64,000 bases of DNA. Origin: Naegleria gruberi. Taxonomy: Eukaryota. Shown here in pieces: positions 1 to 11,129 of the stretch. The DNA is taken from assembly GCA_000004985.1 (NCBI GenBank), contig GG738863.1. One strand, given 5' to 3'. The notes under the pieces are model-generated. The model made no database searches. It worked only from the letters and a program-made list of their open reading frames with translations, and was not told the DNA's origin. The translations under genes were made by a program, and so were the position numbers. The first letter of the stretch is position 1; every line of letters begins with the position of its first letter.

Positions 1-7
1 TTCTTCA

Positions 8-2494
8 TTGAGAACAATCGAGACAACAACAGACTATATTCAAACAACAGACTGTAGTTCCTCTAATTTGGGAAATTATAGAAGTTCAATATCAGTTCCT
101 ACCATATCAGGTGGTATTTGGAAGTTTGGATTTTTTATTGATCCTATTGTCATGTTAAATAGTGTCAGCTTTTCAATTAGCCAGTATTCATCCGTGAGAT
201 CTATTTCGTCCAATGCCCTTACAAATGTTGAAGCTTTGAGAGTCCCTGAATTTGTCTATTCTTTCTCGTTTGATTGTTCTTCTTGTAAACAAACTTGGGG
301 AAAGACAAACATGCTCTCATTCACAATGCTTGCTGATACTCTCCAACTTGAAAACAGATATTATGAAATATTCTTAAAAATAGGAGATATTCCAACACCA
401 ACCAGTCATGACATCAAATCAGGCTACATTTCAACCAAAATGGCAAGCGACACTATCCAAATATTTAAACCAAGATACATTTTCTCATTGGCAGGAACAG
501 CTGTGGTTAACAATAATGGTGAAACAAGTTTTATATCCTCTAATAGATTAGACGATATTGGTACCAATGTCCATGTACTTATTAAGGAAGTTCCAGGTAC
601 TCTGTTTTCAACCGAAACCTCTTGCCTAGCTAAAAATCAATCATCTTCATTCTCATATCAATATGAAACAGCAACAACTGTTAACAGTGAGTCTAGTACA
701 ACAGTATTGAACGACTACTCTTTTTTTTCAATTGATGCTACAAAGATGATATTCAACGATACAAATATTGGAAAGAACTTGACAGTTGAAATTAGTACAA
801 GCTCTTTTATTGGTTTGAATCCAGTGCTAATCCATCCAGTAACAGGAAAGAGAGTCACTATGAAAAGAACTCTGTTAAAATATCGTTTTTCAGGAAATTC
901 TTACCAATTTCAAAAATATGCAGGATCCTTCTCAATCACTAGAGATGTTGTGAATCAAGTTAAAGGAGCTGCACTTACAATGGTATTGCTTCCTGATAGA
1001 TCTGATAAGACATATTACTCTTCTATTTCGTCCCTTTCTGTTACAACATTTGTTCAACAAGACTTTGATTCAGTCTCATACTTTAATCCACTCATTGTAT
1101 GTGTTGGTGTTATGGGAGGTTTATTCGTTATTGGAATATGTTACCTTATGATTTGTTACGCTTTCACTTTATTTGTTGATTTCCACATTTCTCTCAAAGG
1201 GAAATTAAGCGGAAGCTTTACATACAAAAGTTGGACAACCTACTTTTTTATGCCATACATTATTTCTGTATTTTCTCCACTCATATTTTATGAAGGGTTT
1301 CTTAAAAAACAATACAACATGAGAATTACCCCAAAAAGAGTTCTGTTCATTGGAGCTTTAATCATGTTGTCATTATCAATAATATTTATTATTTGTCTAA
1401 TTACACCAATGGGTCTCTATGTTAATGGTTTTATTAACAATTCAAATGAGAATATCAAGTTGCAAGAAACTAAAACTCTTGGAAATGACACACATTTAGC
1501 ATGTTGCAGATATGCCACTTCCTCACGTGCTCTTAAGCCATATATTTATCTACAGGATGATAGATATCTTAGCTGCGTGCAAGTAATACAGAATGGATAT
1601 TCGAATCTTACCCTTAATGATGTACCATATCTTGCCAGCTCAAAAACATATGAATATATTTCAAGCAGTGCTATAATTTTAGCAAAAATCAACTGTCCAA
1701 AATCAGAGATTATCATTGTCAATGACCATGTAAAAGATGCCAATGATATTGGAGTGGTTGGAATTTGTTTAGGTTTGATCTTGTTATATATGGGCTTGGC
1801 TCAAATAACAGCCCCTTTCTGTAAGAGGCTTGTGAAGAGGATAAGAAATTCTTCCTCACCTAAGAATAGTAGAAAAAACAATTACAAAGCCTCCACAACT
1901 GCTACAACCAATGCCACTATTGCTGTACCAAAGACAAGCAATACAACATCCAATAACAATTCAACAAGTTCAAGACCAGTAATTAGTTCAACAAATACTA
2001 CAAGTTCAACAGTAGCAACAACAACAGCAAATACTACATCAACAAATCAATCCAATGCTCAAACAGAGTTCCAGAGAAGAGAGGAAGAATTAGTAAGAAA
2101 TCTTCCAGTGCAACTTGAACCTCAAGCTCAACCTTACATCAATGAAATTGAATTGCCAAATATTCCAATACCAAACTTTAAGCAGCCATCTGTACCTAGT
2201 CAACCAATTGGTGATTACAGACCTTATAATCCAAATGATATGATTTTAGAAAATATTACTCCTCAAATTCAACCACCAAACTATGATTCTCCATCCACAA
2301 ATTCACAAGTATTTATTTATGACAGCAGTATTGCTCCAGCTGCTCAATCAAACTTTACAAGTTACAATCCAACAGCCAATGCCGATGACTATGTTGCCTT
2401 TTATCAGAGATCTGATAATCTACCTGCCAATAATAACAATAACAATAATAATGGAAACATTGGTATCAATTTTGACAATCCAAACAATGTGTAA
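8..2494 (+). CDS. Hypothetical membrane glycoprotein, about 828 aa. Has several hydrophobic segments and a Ser/Thr/Asn-rich C-terminal half. May be 5'-partial at the window edge.
   Basis: Long uninterrupted ORF with eukaryotic codon bias. TM-like stretches such as VMGGLFVIGICYLMICYAF and IGALIMLSLSIIFIICLI. No family recognised. Confidence 0.4.
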   Translation: MRTIETTTDYIQTTDCSSSNLGNYRSSISVPTISGGIWKFGFFIDPIVMLNSVSFSISQYSSVRSISSNALTNVEALRVPEFVYSFSFDCSSCKQTWGKTNMLSFTMLADTLQLENRYYEIFLKIGDIPTPTSHDIKSGYISTKMASDTIQIFKPRYIFSLAGTAVVNNNGETSFISSNRLDDIGTNVHVLIKEVPGTLFSTETSCLAKNQSSSFSYQYETATTVNSESSTTVLNDYSFFSIDATKMIFNDTNIGKNLTVEISTSSFIGLNPVLIHPVTGKRVTMKRTLLKYRFSGNSYQFQKYAGSFSITRDVVNQVKGAALTMVLLPDRSDKTYYSSISSLSVTTFVQQDFDSVSYFNPLIVCVGVMGGLFVIGICYLMICYAFTLFVDFHISLKGKLSGSFTYKSWTTYFFMPYIISVFSPLIFYEGFLKKQYNMRITPKRVLFIGALIMLSLSIIFIICLITPMGLYVNGFINNSNENIKLQETKTLGNDTHLACCRYATSSRALKPYIYLQDDRYLSCVQVIQNGYSNLTLNDVPYLASSKTYEYISSSAIILAKINCPKSEIIIVNDHVKDANDIGVVGICLGLILLYMGLAQITAPFCKRLVKRIRNSSSPKNSRKNNYKASTTATTNATIAVPKTSNTTSNNNSTSSRPVISSTNTTSSTVATTTANTTSTNQSNAQTEFQRREEELVRNLPVQLEPQAQPYINEIELPNIPIPNFKQPSVPSQPIGDYRPYNPNDMILENITPQIQPPNYDSPSTNSQVFIYDSSIAPAAQSNFTSYNPTANADDYVAFYQRSDNLPANNNNNNNNGNIGINFDNPNNV

Positions 2495-2611
2495 ATAATA
2501 AATAAAGTTTATAGGTACATGATGTGCTATTGATTGTTAATAACACATATTAAAATCATACATGATCAAAATTAAAACTCTTTACAAGCTAAAGATGTTG
2601 ATTTGGGTGAT

Positions 2612-2971
2612 TTAGATAGTCTTACGTTCAGACAAAACTCTAACAATACTACCCATTCCCGATTTTTCGAGAACCTTTTCGTGCCACTTGAAGAGAGGCT
2701 TGGAGTCATTATCTCCTGTTTCCAAACAACGATAAATATACTTCATCAAAATATCCAATTCATCAGCATCAAGAGAATCAACAATCTTTGGAATGTCAGC
2801 TTCCTTGGTATTTACCAAAACTTTAGCAACAACGTCGGCACTCTTCTTCTTTGTTTCCTTGTTCTTGGCAGCAAGAGGTGGGTTTTCCAATGACTTTTTC
2901 AAGGCATCACCATACTTTTGACTATTTGTAATTGTTGTGAGAACGATTTGTGAATTTAGATTGTTGTCCAT
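2612..2971 (-). CDS. ARPC5: Arp2/3 complex subunit 5 (p16/ARPC5), main exon.
   Basis: Translation KKSLENPPLAAKNKE...DILMKYIYRCLETGDNDSKPLFKWHEKVLEKSGMGSIVRVLSERKTI closely matches the ARPC5 C-terminal consensus (LKNPP...LLMKYIYKGFE...WHEKAL..GGVGSIVRVLTARKTV). The true first exon is probably upstream, see next feature. Confidence 0.8.
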   Translation of the reverse strand: MDNNLNSQIVLTTITNSQKYGDALKKSLENPPLAAKNKETKKKSADVVAKVLVNTKEADIPKIVDSLDADELDILMKYIYRCLETGDNDSKPLFKWHEKVLEKSGMGSIVRVLSERKTI

Positions 2972-3159
2972 ATTGTGTAAGTTAATGGTGGTAGTGTAGA
3001 TATTATTATTATAGGAAGAAGAGTCATCATCAACACCAGTATTAATATGACGATCATTACGATGCGATGATCATTAAAAAAATAAAAACAAAACCATCAT
3101 CATTGTAAATTATTTGACCACACAATTAGAAAAGCAAAATATCTTCTACATACGAACTG

Positions 3160-3224
3160 ACCAATGAAATAACAGCCTTTTCTCTTTCATCAATTTGCTT
3201 TAAAAATTCAGAATCTTCAGACAT
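3160..3224 (-). CDS. Candidate first exon of the ARPC5 gene (MSEDSEFLKQIDEREKAVISL...). Tentative.
   Basis: An ATG lies at about 3224 on the minus strand, followed by a short ORF with weak similarity to the ARPC5 N-terminus (F.K.D.DE). There is no AG between 3160 and 2972 on the minus strand, so the acceptor would lie inside the annotated ORF (AAATAG|TCAAAAGTATGG giving SQKYGDALKK). Junctions not resolved. Confidence 0.25.
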
Positions 3225-3400
3225 TTTTTTATAAAATTTTTTAACATCAAATCTTGAAAAATGATTGGTGAAAAACAAGAATGACCTGTCAAACTGTTTG
3301 CTTAATACATCATGGCCATCCTACTTGAAGAAAATTTTATTCATTGAATTCATAGAATGAATAAGAATAACCTAAGAAAAAGTTACTGATTGATCAATTT

Positions 3401-6199
3401 TTATTTCTTCTTTTTGAAAAAGTTGACAAGTGTAATCTTGAAATTCTTCTTATTCTTCTTGTCGTCGTTAAATTCTGGGAAACAATTCTTTTCGAATACT
3501 ATGGCATTTCTTTGTTCTGGTTCGTGCTCGTTGTAGAATCCTTCCAGATCCAATTCATCAACTGCAGCTCCTCCATCCGTTCCACCACCATTATGGTGTT
3601 GCTGATGCTGTTGTTGATACATATTGTTGTTGTTAATATTATTATTATCATTGAAACCTGTATCAAACAGTTCATTGAATTGATCGAGAGAAGCTGGCGT
3701 GTTGGTACTGTTTCTACGACCAGTTCCTCCTCCAATACTTCTTCTGACCTTTCTCTGTTTTTCAATACTTCTTCTCTTATCTGAACTGTTGGATCTTCTG
3801 CTTGTTGCACTTCCATCTGAGCCACCACTACGGTCACTGAGGGCTGCTGGGGAGGTTGGTCTAAATTCATTATTGAAAGAATCAAAGTCATCTTCATTGT
3901 TTCTATCAATTGACTTCTTTCTTCTGTTAGTTGGCCCAGCAGAGTTGCTTCTCTTTGTTCTTCTTTGAATTGAGGCAGAGTTTTGTGAACTTGGAGAATT
4001 TGGTAAACTATTGAGAGAAACATTAGGACTTTGAACACTGGTTGGAGTGGTCACTGTTGGATTTGGAGGAGTTGATACTGAAGAACCATTAGGAGTATCT
4101 CCCGAATAACTCTTATAATTATTATCATTGGAAATTTCACTTCTGAAATTGTTAAAGAAATTGGTCCATGTGTTTCTCTTGGACTTGACATGAGATTGCA
4201 TCATTGGTGAACCTCCTTTAGCTTGATTCTTTTGTGCTGCATAATTCTCATAAATAAATGTAGTATTATTTGATCCAGCATTTGGTGGCATGCCATGGTT
4301 TGCATTGTTATTAACAGAATTATTCTTATTTGGAGAAGTAATTTGATTATTGCCTGACATGGATCTGTTACTGCCTTGTTGTTGATATTGTGAAATATTA
4401 CTCGATGATTGGAGTGATAAGGCCTGAATTTGTTGAGAAATTTCATTAACATTTACAATATTATTTTGAGCCATTGTGCTCTCAACAGTTGGATTAACAA
4501 TAACAGTTCTCATTTGTTGAGATTGATTACTCATCATATTTTGAGGTTGAATAATGATATTTTGAGGTTGATTATTGAATCCTCTGTTATTGGAATTTTG
4601 ATTCATCATTTGATTATTATTGTTATTCATTACTAAACCTCCACCGACCATGTTACCGTTATTATTATTGGAATTGTTGGAATTATTCATGCCTGACTCT
4701 AGGACTGGCAAGACAACAGAGAAGAGTTTTCTCTTCTGTTCATCTGACATGGATTGAACAAGAATCTTGGCCATTTGTTGCACTTCAGATTGGTTGACTT
4801 GTTGTTGTGGATTGAATTTTTCCAACCAAGTAGAGATCAAATTCTGGTGATCAGAACTCGAGGCCAAATAACTTCCTAAAACTTGAAACAGGGTATTATC
4901 AATTTGAGAACTGGCAAATGGAGTAGTGTCAACTTGAGCATTATTGGAGAAGATATTGTTATTTCCTGCCAGAGTTTGGAAGATGATACTTCCAAGTTGT
5001 TGTTGCTGTTGTTGTTGCACTTGTTGCATGCCATTATCTGCTGGTGCCAAAACTATGAAATTAGGTTGTTGTTGTTGTGGTTGTGATTGAGAATTGGAAT
5101 TGAAGATTTGTTGAGTATTGTTATTATTGACATTTGTAGCAACACCACCAAATGATGATGTTGATGATTGTGGTTGAGAATTGAGCAATGAGAGCAATTG
5201 ATAGAGATCATTATTTTGTGTTTGTGGTTGTTGTTGTTGAATGATGGTTTGTTGATTGCCAACTGGGAAGATAATGGTAGGTGCATTGTTATTATTGGAT
5301 ACAGTATTGAATTGATTATTGTTATCATTCATAAAGTTGGAAGTTTGACCATTGGTGGCAACAATATATGGTTGACCATTGATGATGACATTATTATTCA
5401 TCATGTTATTATTCATTGAATTATTGTTGGTATTAGTACCAAGAAAATCAAAATCTTCCATGTTGGAATTGTTATTCATTTGGAGGTTGAAGGCTAAACA
5501 TGCAATAATGATTCATGTAGTAGTTTAGGATAAACACATATTAGAATAAATTACTATAAATTACTTACCATCCAAAAGTGAGGTATCAATCGTATTAAAA
5601 CTATTATTACCAGCATTAATAGTTGTTGTATTATTATTAGTATTATTACCACCAAGTAACAACATTAAACTCTCATTAGTATTATTATTTCCATCGAAAA
5701 GGGAAAAATCGTTGGAATTATTCAAATTTGAAGGATTGATAATAAAAGTTGGTTGATTTTGATTTTGATTATTATTTGGAGAGGCAGCCAATTGAATTGA
5801 ATTATTAAATTGTTGTTGCTGATTATTATTGGCAGTCGAACCATTAATAATCATAATTGGTTGTACATTATTATTATTAGATGGTAATTGATAGATAATT
5901 GGTTGTTGTTGCTGTTGTTGTTGTCTGGGACTCAATTGATTTGGATCAATTGCAATGAAATTTCCATTTCCATTGTTGTTATTGTTTGTATTCGGTGTTA
6001 GGAACATAAAGTTATTATTATTATTGCCATTATTATTCATCATGTTATTGTTAGGAACAATGGTAGCACCCATACTATTGTTATTATTCGAATTATTCGA
6101 AGTATTATTATTATTGTTTATCAACATCATTGTAAACGGTTGAGTATTTGAATTGTTATTATTATTCATACTCGTAGAATTATTTTGCTGAAACATCAT
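3401..6199 (-). CDS. Gln/Asn-rich low-complexity protein of about 880 aa with a C-terminal Arg/Ser-rich region (prion-like). Two exons: 5569-6199 and 3401-5493.
   Basis: The ORFs 5561..6199 and 3401..5479 join in-frame across an intron at 5494-5568 (GTAAGTAATTTATAG...TGTTTAG on the minus strand). The junction reads ...SLLDG|AFNLQMNNNSNMEDFDFLG. Long poly-N and poly-Q runs. RS-like stretch SRRSNSSDKRRSIEKQRKVRRS. Confidence 0.6.
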
Positions 6200-6466
6200 C
6201 TTTGCCTTTTTTATATATTTGAAAAGTGCGTTGTTGTCTTCTTTTAAAAAGATATGAGAGAGAGGAGTTGTTTGTTATTCGGATGATGACAAGAGAGGAA
6301 TACAAATATTGTGTGTGATGTAATTGAGAGGGAATATTCGTCGTCGTAGTCGTATTATTCGTTGCTATAATATAAATGAATATATCTTCAAAAAGGACAA
6401 AAGGGACTTGTGTTGTTGTTGATTGGAGTAAAAAGTACTATTGATAATTTAAAAGATAGAGTTGTG

Positions 6467-6497
6467 TGGTTGTTGTGGTTGTTGTTGTTGTTGATGG
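6467..6497. repeat. (GTT)n/(TGG)-type microsatellite in an intergenic region.
   Basis: Sequence ggttgttgtggttgttgttgttgttg is directly visible. Confidence 0.7.
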
Positions 6498-7091
6498 TCA
6501 AATATCGAACCGGAATGAAGTTTATCGCGGAAGAGAGAGATCGACGTTTGGAATAATAATGATAATAATCAACACAAGTCAGTTTAAAAAACACAAACCT
6601 TTCAAAATGTCAACACCTGTGTGTGATTATTGTCAATGTGGCAGACAGTTGGCCAATCAATGAGAGATGATGAATTGCAAATGGGATAACGTGTGAGGAA
6701 GTAAAGTTACTCCAGAACAGGCTATTGGGTGGTGGTAGAATTTTTTTTAGTGAAAATGAATGACACTGGTGCGATTGGTTTCCTTCTTGGATATGTGAAA
6801 GAAAACGAAACCTGTCTTGCCTCTACCAATGCAAAAATTTTACAAAATGTTATTCAGTGATAGAGTTAGAGTTTAATTGAGCCAGTATTTCAATAGCCTC
6901 TTCAATATTCCATTGCTTTTTGTAAACATTGTTAATATTTTCTGATGAATAAACCCATTTTGGGTGAAAAAGGACCATATGCGGCAATAAGATAAGGTTG
7001 ATTCATTGTATTGAAAATTGCCATTACTGACTTTGACAACAAGTTTCGAATAAAAAGAAGCATCATTAATACAATTTATTCTACTACAACA

Positions 7092-7907
7092 CTACTTGGA
7101 AAGAGATTCAGTAAACATTTTCATCATTTGTTGCATTGCCTTTCCATGACTTGCAGTTGCACACATAATTCCATAATACTTCTTACAGTTAGGATAGAGT
7201 TTCTCATCCAATAAACCACAAGTATCACAACCCTTCAAACCAAACCCTAAACAAATATCAGCAATATCCACTTGATTATCAAACAAGTATTGAGAATTTG
7301 GATCTCTTTCAGAAAGTAACTTTTCAACATGTGGCAAATAACTTTCCCTAATAATAGCTGAAGCCTTATCAAATTCTTCCTTTTCTTCAGGTTCAAAAGT
7401 AAGAAGATGCTTATTCATAATATTGAGACCTTTCTTTTGTAAAAGTGTTTTAAAAATCTTCATGGCAGGTGAAATATCTTGTTCCAATGATGAGCTGACC
7501 CACATCATTATTTGATATCTGAGTCCAGTTCTATAAACACTTGTGGATGGTGAAAGTTTCTTCTCAGTATCAAAATTCTCCAACAAGAACATTAGAATAG
7601 CATTCGATTCAAACAAGACATGTTTAGTCTCTTCTCCCTTCAATTGATATTCAAGACATGGAACCTTATGGAATGGATGAGGATTCTTGAGAGGATTCAT
7701 ATGTTCTCCAGTTTCCAATCTGACAAATCTCACCTGAATGGCACTGTCTTGTTCAACATTGAGTGATGAGTAATCAGTCTCCTTGCTTATATCCCTAATC
7801 GGAAGATTTAATTCATTCAATAGCCACATAACCTTGATGGAACGAGTTGGGAAGGACATGATTAATCTTGCCCATTTGAATGCACTAGTTTCAATTAAAT
7901 TGCTCAT
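7092..7907 (-). CDS. Glutathione S-transferase-like protein (thioredoxin-fold N-domain plus helical C-domain).
   Basis: The N-terminal domain contains a GST-like G-site region PFHKVPCLEY..GEETKHVLFESNAILMFLLENF (compare consensus P.GKVP.L...ES.AI..YL). Size is 271 aa. Confidence 0.55.
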   Translation of the reverse strand: MSNLIETSAFKWARLIMSFPTRSIKVMWLLNELNLPIRDISKETDYSSLNVEQDSAIQVRFVRLETGEHMNPLKNPHPFHKVPCLEYQLKGEETKHVLFESNAILMFLLENFDTEKKLSPSTSVYRTGLRYQIMMWVSSSLEQDISPAMKIFKTLLQKKGLNIMNKHLLTFEPEEKEEFDKASAIIRESYLPHVEKLLSERDPNSQYLFDNQVDIADICLGFGLKGCDTCGLLDEKLYPNCKKYYGIMCATASHGKAMQQMMKMFTESLSK

Positions 7908-8213
7908 TGTTATTTTGGTTGAATGGTTGTTGTTGTATTTTTTTTAGTTGTTGATTTGATATGGTTAGTAGTACCAGCAAGGTGAAATTATCTTTTACCG
8001 CAGTATTTCGCTGACTGAGGACAAAAAAATGTGGTTGCGGACTTCTTCCAAAAACTCGAAGTGAATGCTCAATGTTAATCATGAAGAGTAAATTTCAATT
8101 AATACTCCAACAGAATCATCAGAAATATGATAATTTACATTTATTCTACAATTAAAGTTCAGAATTTTTGTTTTATTATTTACATTTAAGGAATATCTAA
8201 TTGGAAGATTAAT

Positions 8214-8798
8214 TTACATAATGGTACACTTCTTTTGTTTCTTTTGCTTATTTTTCAGTGGTTTCTTATCCAGTGATTTCTTCATTAAAAATTGATTAGT
8301 TTCTCTAATGATGGACTGAAAACTCTCCTTAATGTTGAATCCTGTTTTGGCTGAAGTTTCGAAAAAGTGTGAGATACCCAACATTTCAGCCAGATTCTTT
8401 CCCTGTGTTGTTGAGATTTGTCTCTCAGATTCTAGATCGCTCTTATTTCCAATCAAAACCATTGGAATGTTATCAGTGTCTTTGGCTCTTCTTACTAATT
8501 CTACAAATTTGGTTACTTCTTCAATTGACTTTCTATCGGTTACACTGTAAACGAGAATGAAACCATCTCTTTGTCTCATATAAACGTCTCTCAGTGAATG
8601 GAACTCTTCTTGCCCTGATGTATCGAGAATATCAACAAAGAATGTTTCACCATCTACGTTTTCTTCCTTCAAGTAAGAGTCCTCAATAGTTGGATCATAG
8701 AAATTTTCATTATTGAAAATGTTTTCAATATGTCTGATGGTAATACTTGATTTACCAACACAACCACCTCCTACGAGAGCAATCTTAATTTCCGACAT
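8214..8798 (-). CDS. Ras-family small GTPase with a C-terminal CaaX box (CTIM).
   Basis: G1 motif GGGCVGKSS, switch region YDPTIEDSY, G3 DTSGQEEF, G4 NKSDL, G5 ETSAK. Polybasic tail KKQKKCTIM. Confidence 0.85.
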   Translation of the reverse strand: MSEIKIALVGGGCVGKSSITIRHIENIFNNENFYDPTIEDSYLKEENVDGETFFVDILDTSGQEEFHSLRDVYMRQRDGFILVYSVTDRKSIEEVTKFVELVRRAKDTDNIPMVLIGNKSDLESERQISTTQGKNLAEMLGISHFFETSAKTGFNIKESFQSIIRETNQFLMKKSLDKKPLKNKQKKQKKCTIM

Positions 8799-9104
8799 GA
8801 TGTTTCTTTTTGTGTGTATGGATGAAATATATAATAATATTATCTTAATATTATTAAGAGTTGTTTGTTCTTTTTCTTTGTTATGATTTTCATTGCATTA
8901 AGGAGTTTGTCTGATTATTTATAACCTTACCAAAGTGTGTGGTGAAATATGTTCTTGGTATGTTCTTGGTGTGTTCATCCTTAATATGATATTTTATTTA
9001 CTGCTGTTCTGAGTTGTTCTTGGTGTAAAAGGAACTTTAAATTTTCATTTTAAGGTTAACAGAATAAAGATGAGAAGAATTATTACATTTGACGAGTTAA
9101 TAAT

Positions 9105-10817
9105 TTATGGTTGAACAGCAATTTCAGGTAGCTGGAGAATAAAAGTGTTGTGATAACCGGAGAATACTCTTAACCGAGAGGGATTCGTTGTCTTGTCTTG
9201 CTTAAATAGAGATGGCACCTTGACTGGCACTTTAGAGGAAGGCTGCTTGCCAAGACACCCAAGTTGACCTTCTGAATTATCTCCGCAAACAAATATTGAT
9301 CCATAATTGGAGAGGAATGTTGACATGGTAGCTCCACAAACTGCAGATACTATCTTTTCTCCAACTTCCATTAGATTGCTCATGTTATCATTGAGTGAAA
9401 TCTTGTTTATACTTTCTTTTTCTCCCATTCCACATTCTCCATCACAATTACTTCCATAACAATAAACTTGATTCTCCTTCGTGACAAAAATACTGTGACC
9501 TAAACCAAATTCCATCACTGAAGTTTGGTGCTCATCTAAAAAGTATTCAATTTGAGAAAAGTGGGAAGGTTTCTGAGTAATAGTCTCTGGTTCTAACAAT
9601 GAAAACCCATACACCTTCTTATCTACCGTAACAAATACAATATCGTCCGATCCACAAAATATCTTACTGACAGGTATCCCAGAATCAAAGAACCGTATCT
9701 TGGTTGGTTCTCTCAAAATATTAGAATCATCAAAACCTATTTGACCACAAATATAAATTCTCCTCAATTTGGTTACAAATATTGTAAAGAAAGCTCCACA
9801 GAAAACAGATTCCAATACATCCCCCTTCAATTCAAGGAAGAAGAACCCCAAAGAGTTCAAATTATTTGGAGGTTTCTTTAATTCAATTTCCTTAACTTCA
9901 AATGTTTTCCCTTGAAAATAATTCTCACCGTCCTCTTCTTCAGAATCTGAAGACTCTTCAACATCATCCTCTTCCTCATCTATATAGCTACTTTTTTTTT
10001 CAAAATTGTCTCCCAATTGGCCATAATTGTTATTTCCTCCCACTAGTATTTCTTTTTGTTCTGTCAATATGACAAGATGAAAGTGTCCACAAGCCATTTC
10101 TTTCATTTTGTTATTTCCTTGACATCCCTCCCATGTTACTTCCCTGGGTATTATTAATATCTTTTCGAAACCAATCTCCAAAAAGTTATTTCCAATCATG
10201 AAAACTCTCTTCTTTTTAGTGATAAAGAATGTAGATGCATAACACAATTTGATATCCTCAATATAGTCACCCTGATCGATTAATTTAACTGAAATGTATT
10301 CAGCAGCATCACATAATCTAAATTCATGAATTAACTTTCCAGCTGGTGCATTCTTATCAGCTTCTTGATCCTCATTATCCGAATCGAGACTCAAGTCTTC
10401 ATCATCTGAATCGAGATAGACTTCCTGATCCAATTCATCTTCCGATGAAGAATCAGAATAACTATCTGAAGATGATTGTATCAAATTCTTTTTCTTTTCA
10501 AGAGTGGCCTTAGTTGATTTTGTAGTAGGTTCTCCTTGACTCTTTTTCAATAAATAGGTATTTACTTTTACTCCCAACATTTGATCAATATTTGAACCAG
10601 TGGCATAAACAGTCGAATGATGATGGTGATGATGGTGTGAGGATGATTTTGTATGTGGGGTTGGTGTTGTAGGAGTACTCCTCTCACTCAATGATAGTTG
10701 CATTGCAGCTAAACGGTTCATTTGTGCCTCAATAGCCGATGCACTCGTTGTATTACTACTGGATGCAGTGGACAATGATGACAAAAAGTTACTATTATAT
10801 CGAGACATTTTTTTCAA
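9105..10817 (-). CDS. RCC1-repeat (beta-propeller) protein with acidic/Ser-rich linkers and a His7 tract.
   Basis: Repeated motifs CGxxH...GxNxxGQLG (YGQLGDN, GECGMG, GQLGCLG) typical of RCC1 blades. 570 aa ORF. Confidence 0.55.
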   Translation of the reverse strand: MKKMSRYNSNFLSSLSTASSSNTTSASAIEAQMNRLAAMQLSLSERSTPTTPTPHTKSSSHHHHHHHSTVYATGSNIDQMLGVKVNTYLLKKSQGEPTTKSTKATLEKKKNLIQSSSDSYSDSSSEDELDQEVYLDSDDEDLSLDSDNEDQEADKNAPAGKLIHEFRLCDAAEYISVKLIDQGDYIEDIKLCYASTFFITKKKRVFMIGNNFLEIGFEKILIIPREVTWEGCQGNNKMKEMACGHFHLVILTEQKEILVGGNNNYGQLGDNFEKKSSYIDEEEDDVEESSDSEEEDGENYFQGKTFEVKEIELKKPPNNLNSLGFFFLELKGDVLESVFCGAFFTIFVTKLRRIYICGQIGFDDSNILREPTKIRFFDSGIPVSKIFCGSDDIVFVTVDKKVYGFSLLEPETITQKPSHFSQIEYFLDEHQTSVMEFGLGHSIFVTKENQVYCYGSNCDGECGMGEKESINKISLNDNMSNLMEVGEKIVSAVCGATMSTFLSNYGSIFVCGDNSEGQLGCLGKQPSSKVPVKVPSLFKQDKTTNPSRLRVFSGYHNTFILQLPEIAVQP

Positions 10818-11129
10818 TGATTTTGACCACTGGATGTTGTACGGTTGAATAAACTTGTACTCGCCTCAATAAAATTAAGGTGTTCAGTAGTTAGTTTGGA
10901 AATTTTTACGTTAATAATTGAAAATCATCAAGATAATAGATTTTATTATGAGAATCCAAAAAAATGTTCAAACCATCAATCAAGAATATTTAATAAAGTC
11001 AAGATCCGTTTTCATTAAGGAAGATGAGAAAGAATTAATTTTCAATTTATAATTTAAAAATACATAACAAAATGGGTTTTTATCATCAAAATTTCTCTAA
11101 TTCTCATAGAACTATTACTAGAAAATAAC

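Noticed and set aside
3499-5419. Multiple ORFs (3499..4038, 3512..3784, 3699..3968, 4201..4452, 4430..4636, 4883..5086, 5053..5328, 5198..5419) overlapping the Q/N-rich gene on both strands.
   Set aside because: They are mirror or alternate-frame readings of low-complexity (CAA/AAT)n coding sequence. They lack independent start context and show no homology.
6466-6663. Small ORF ending ...MSTPVCDYCQCGRQLANQ in the 6.2-7.1 kb intergenic region.
   Set aside because: Mostly poly-Val from the (GTT)n microsatellite. The short Cys-containing tail is insufficient evidence for a gene.
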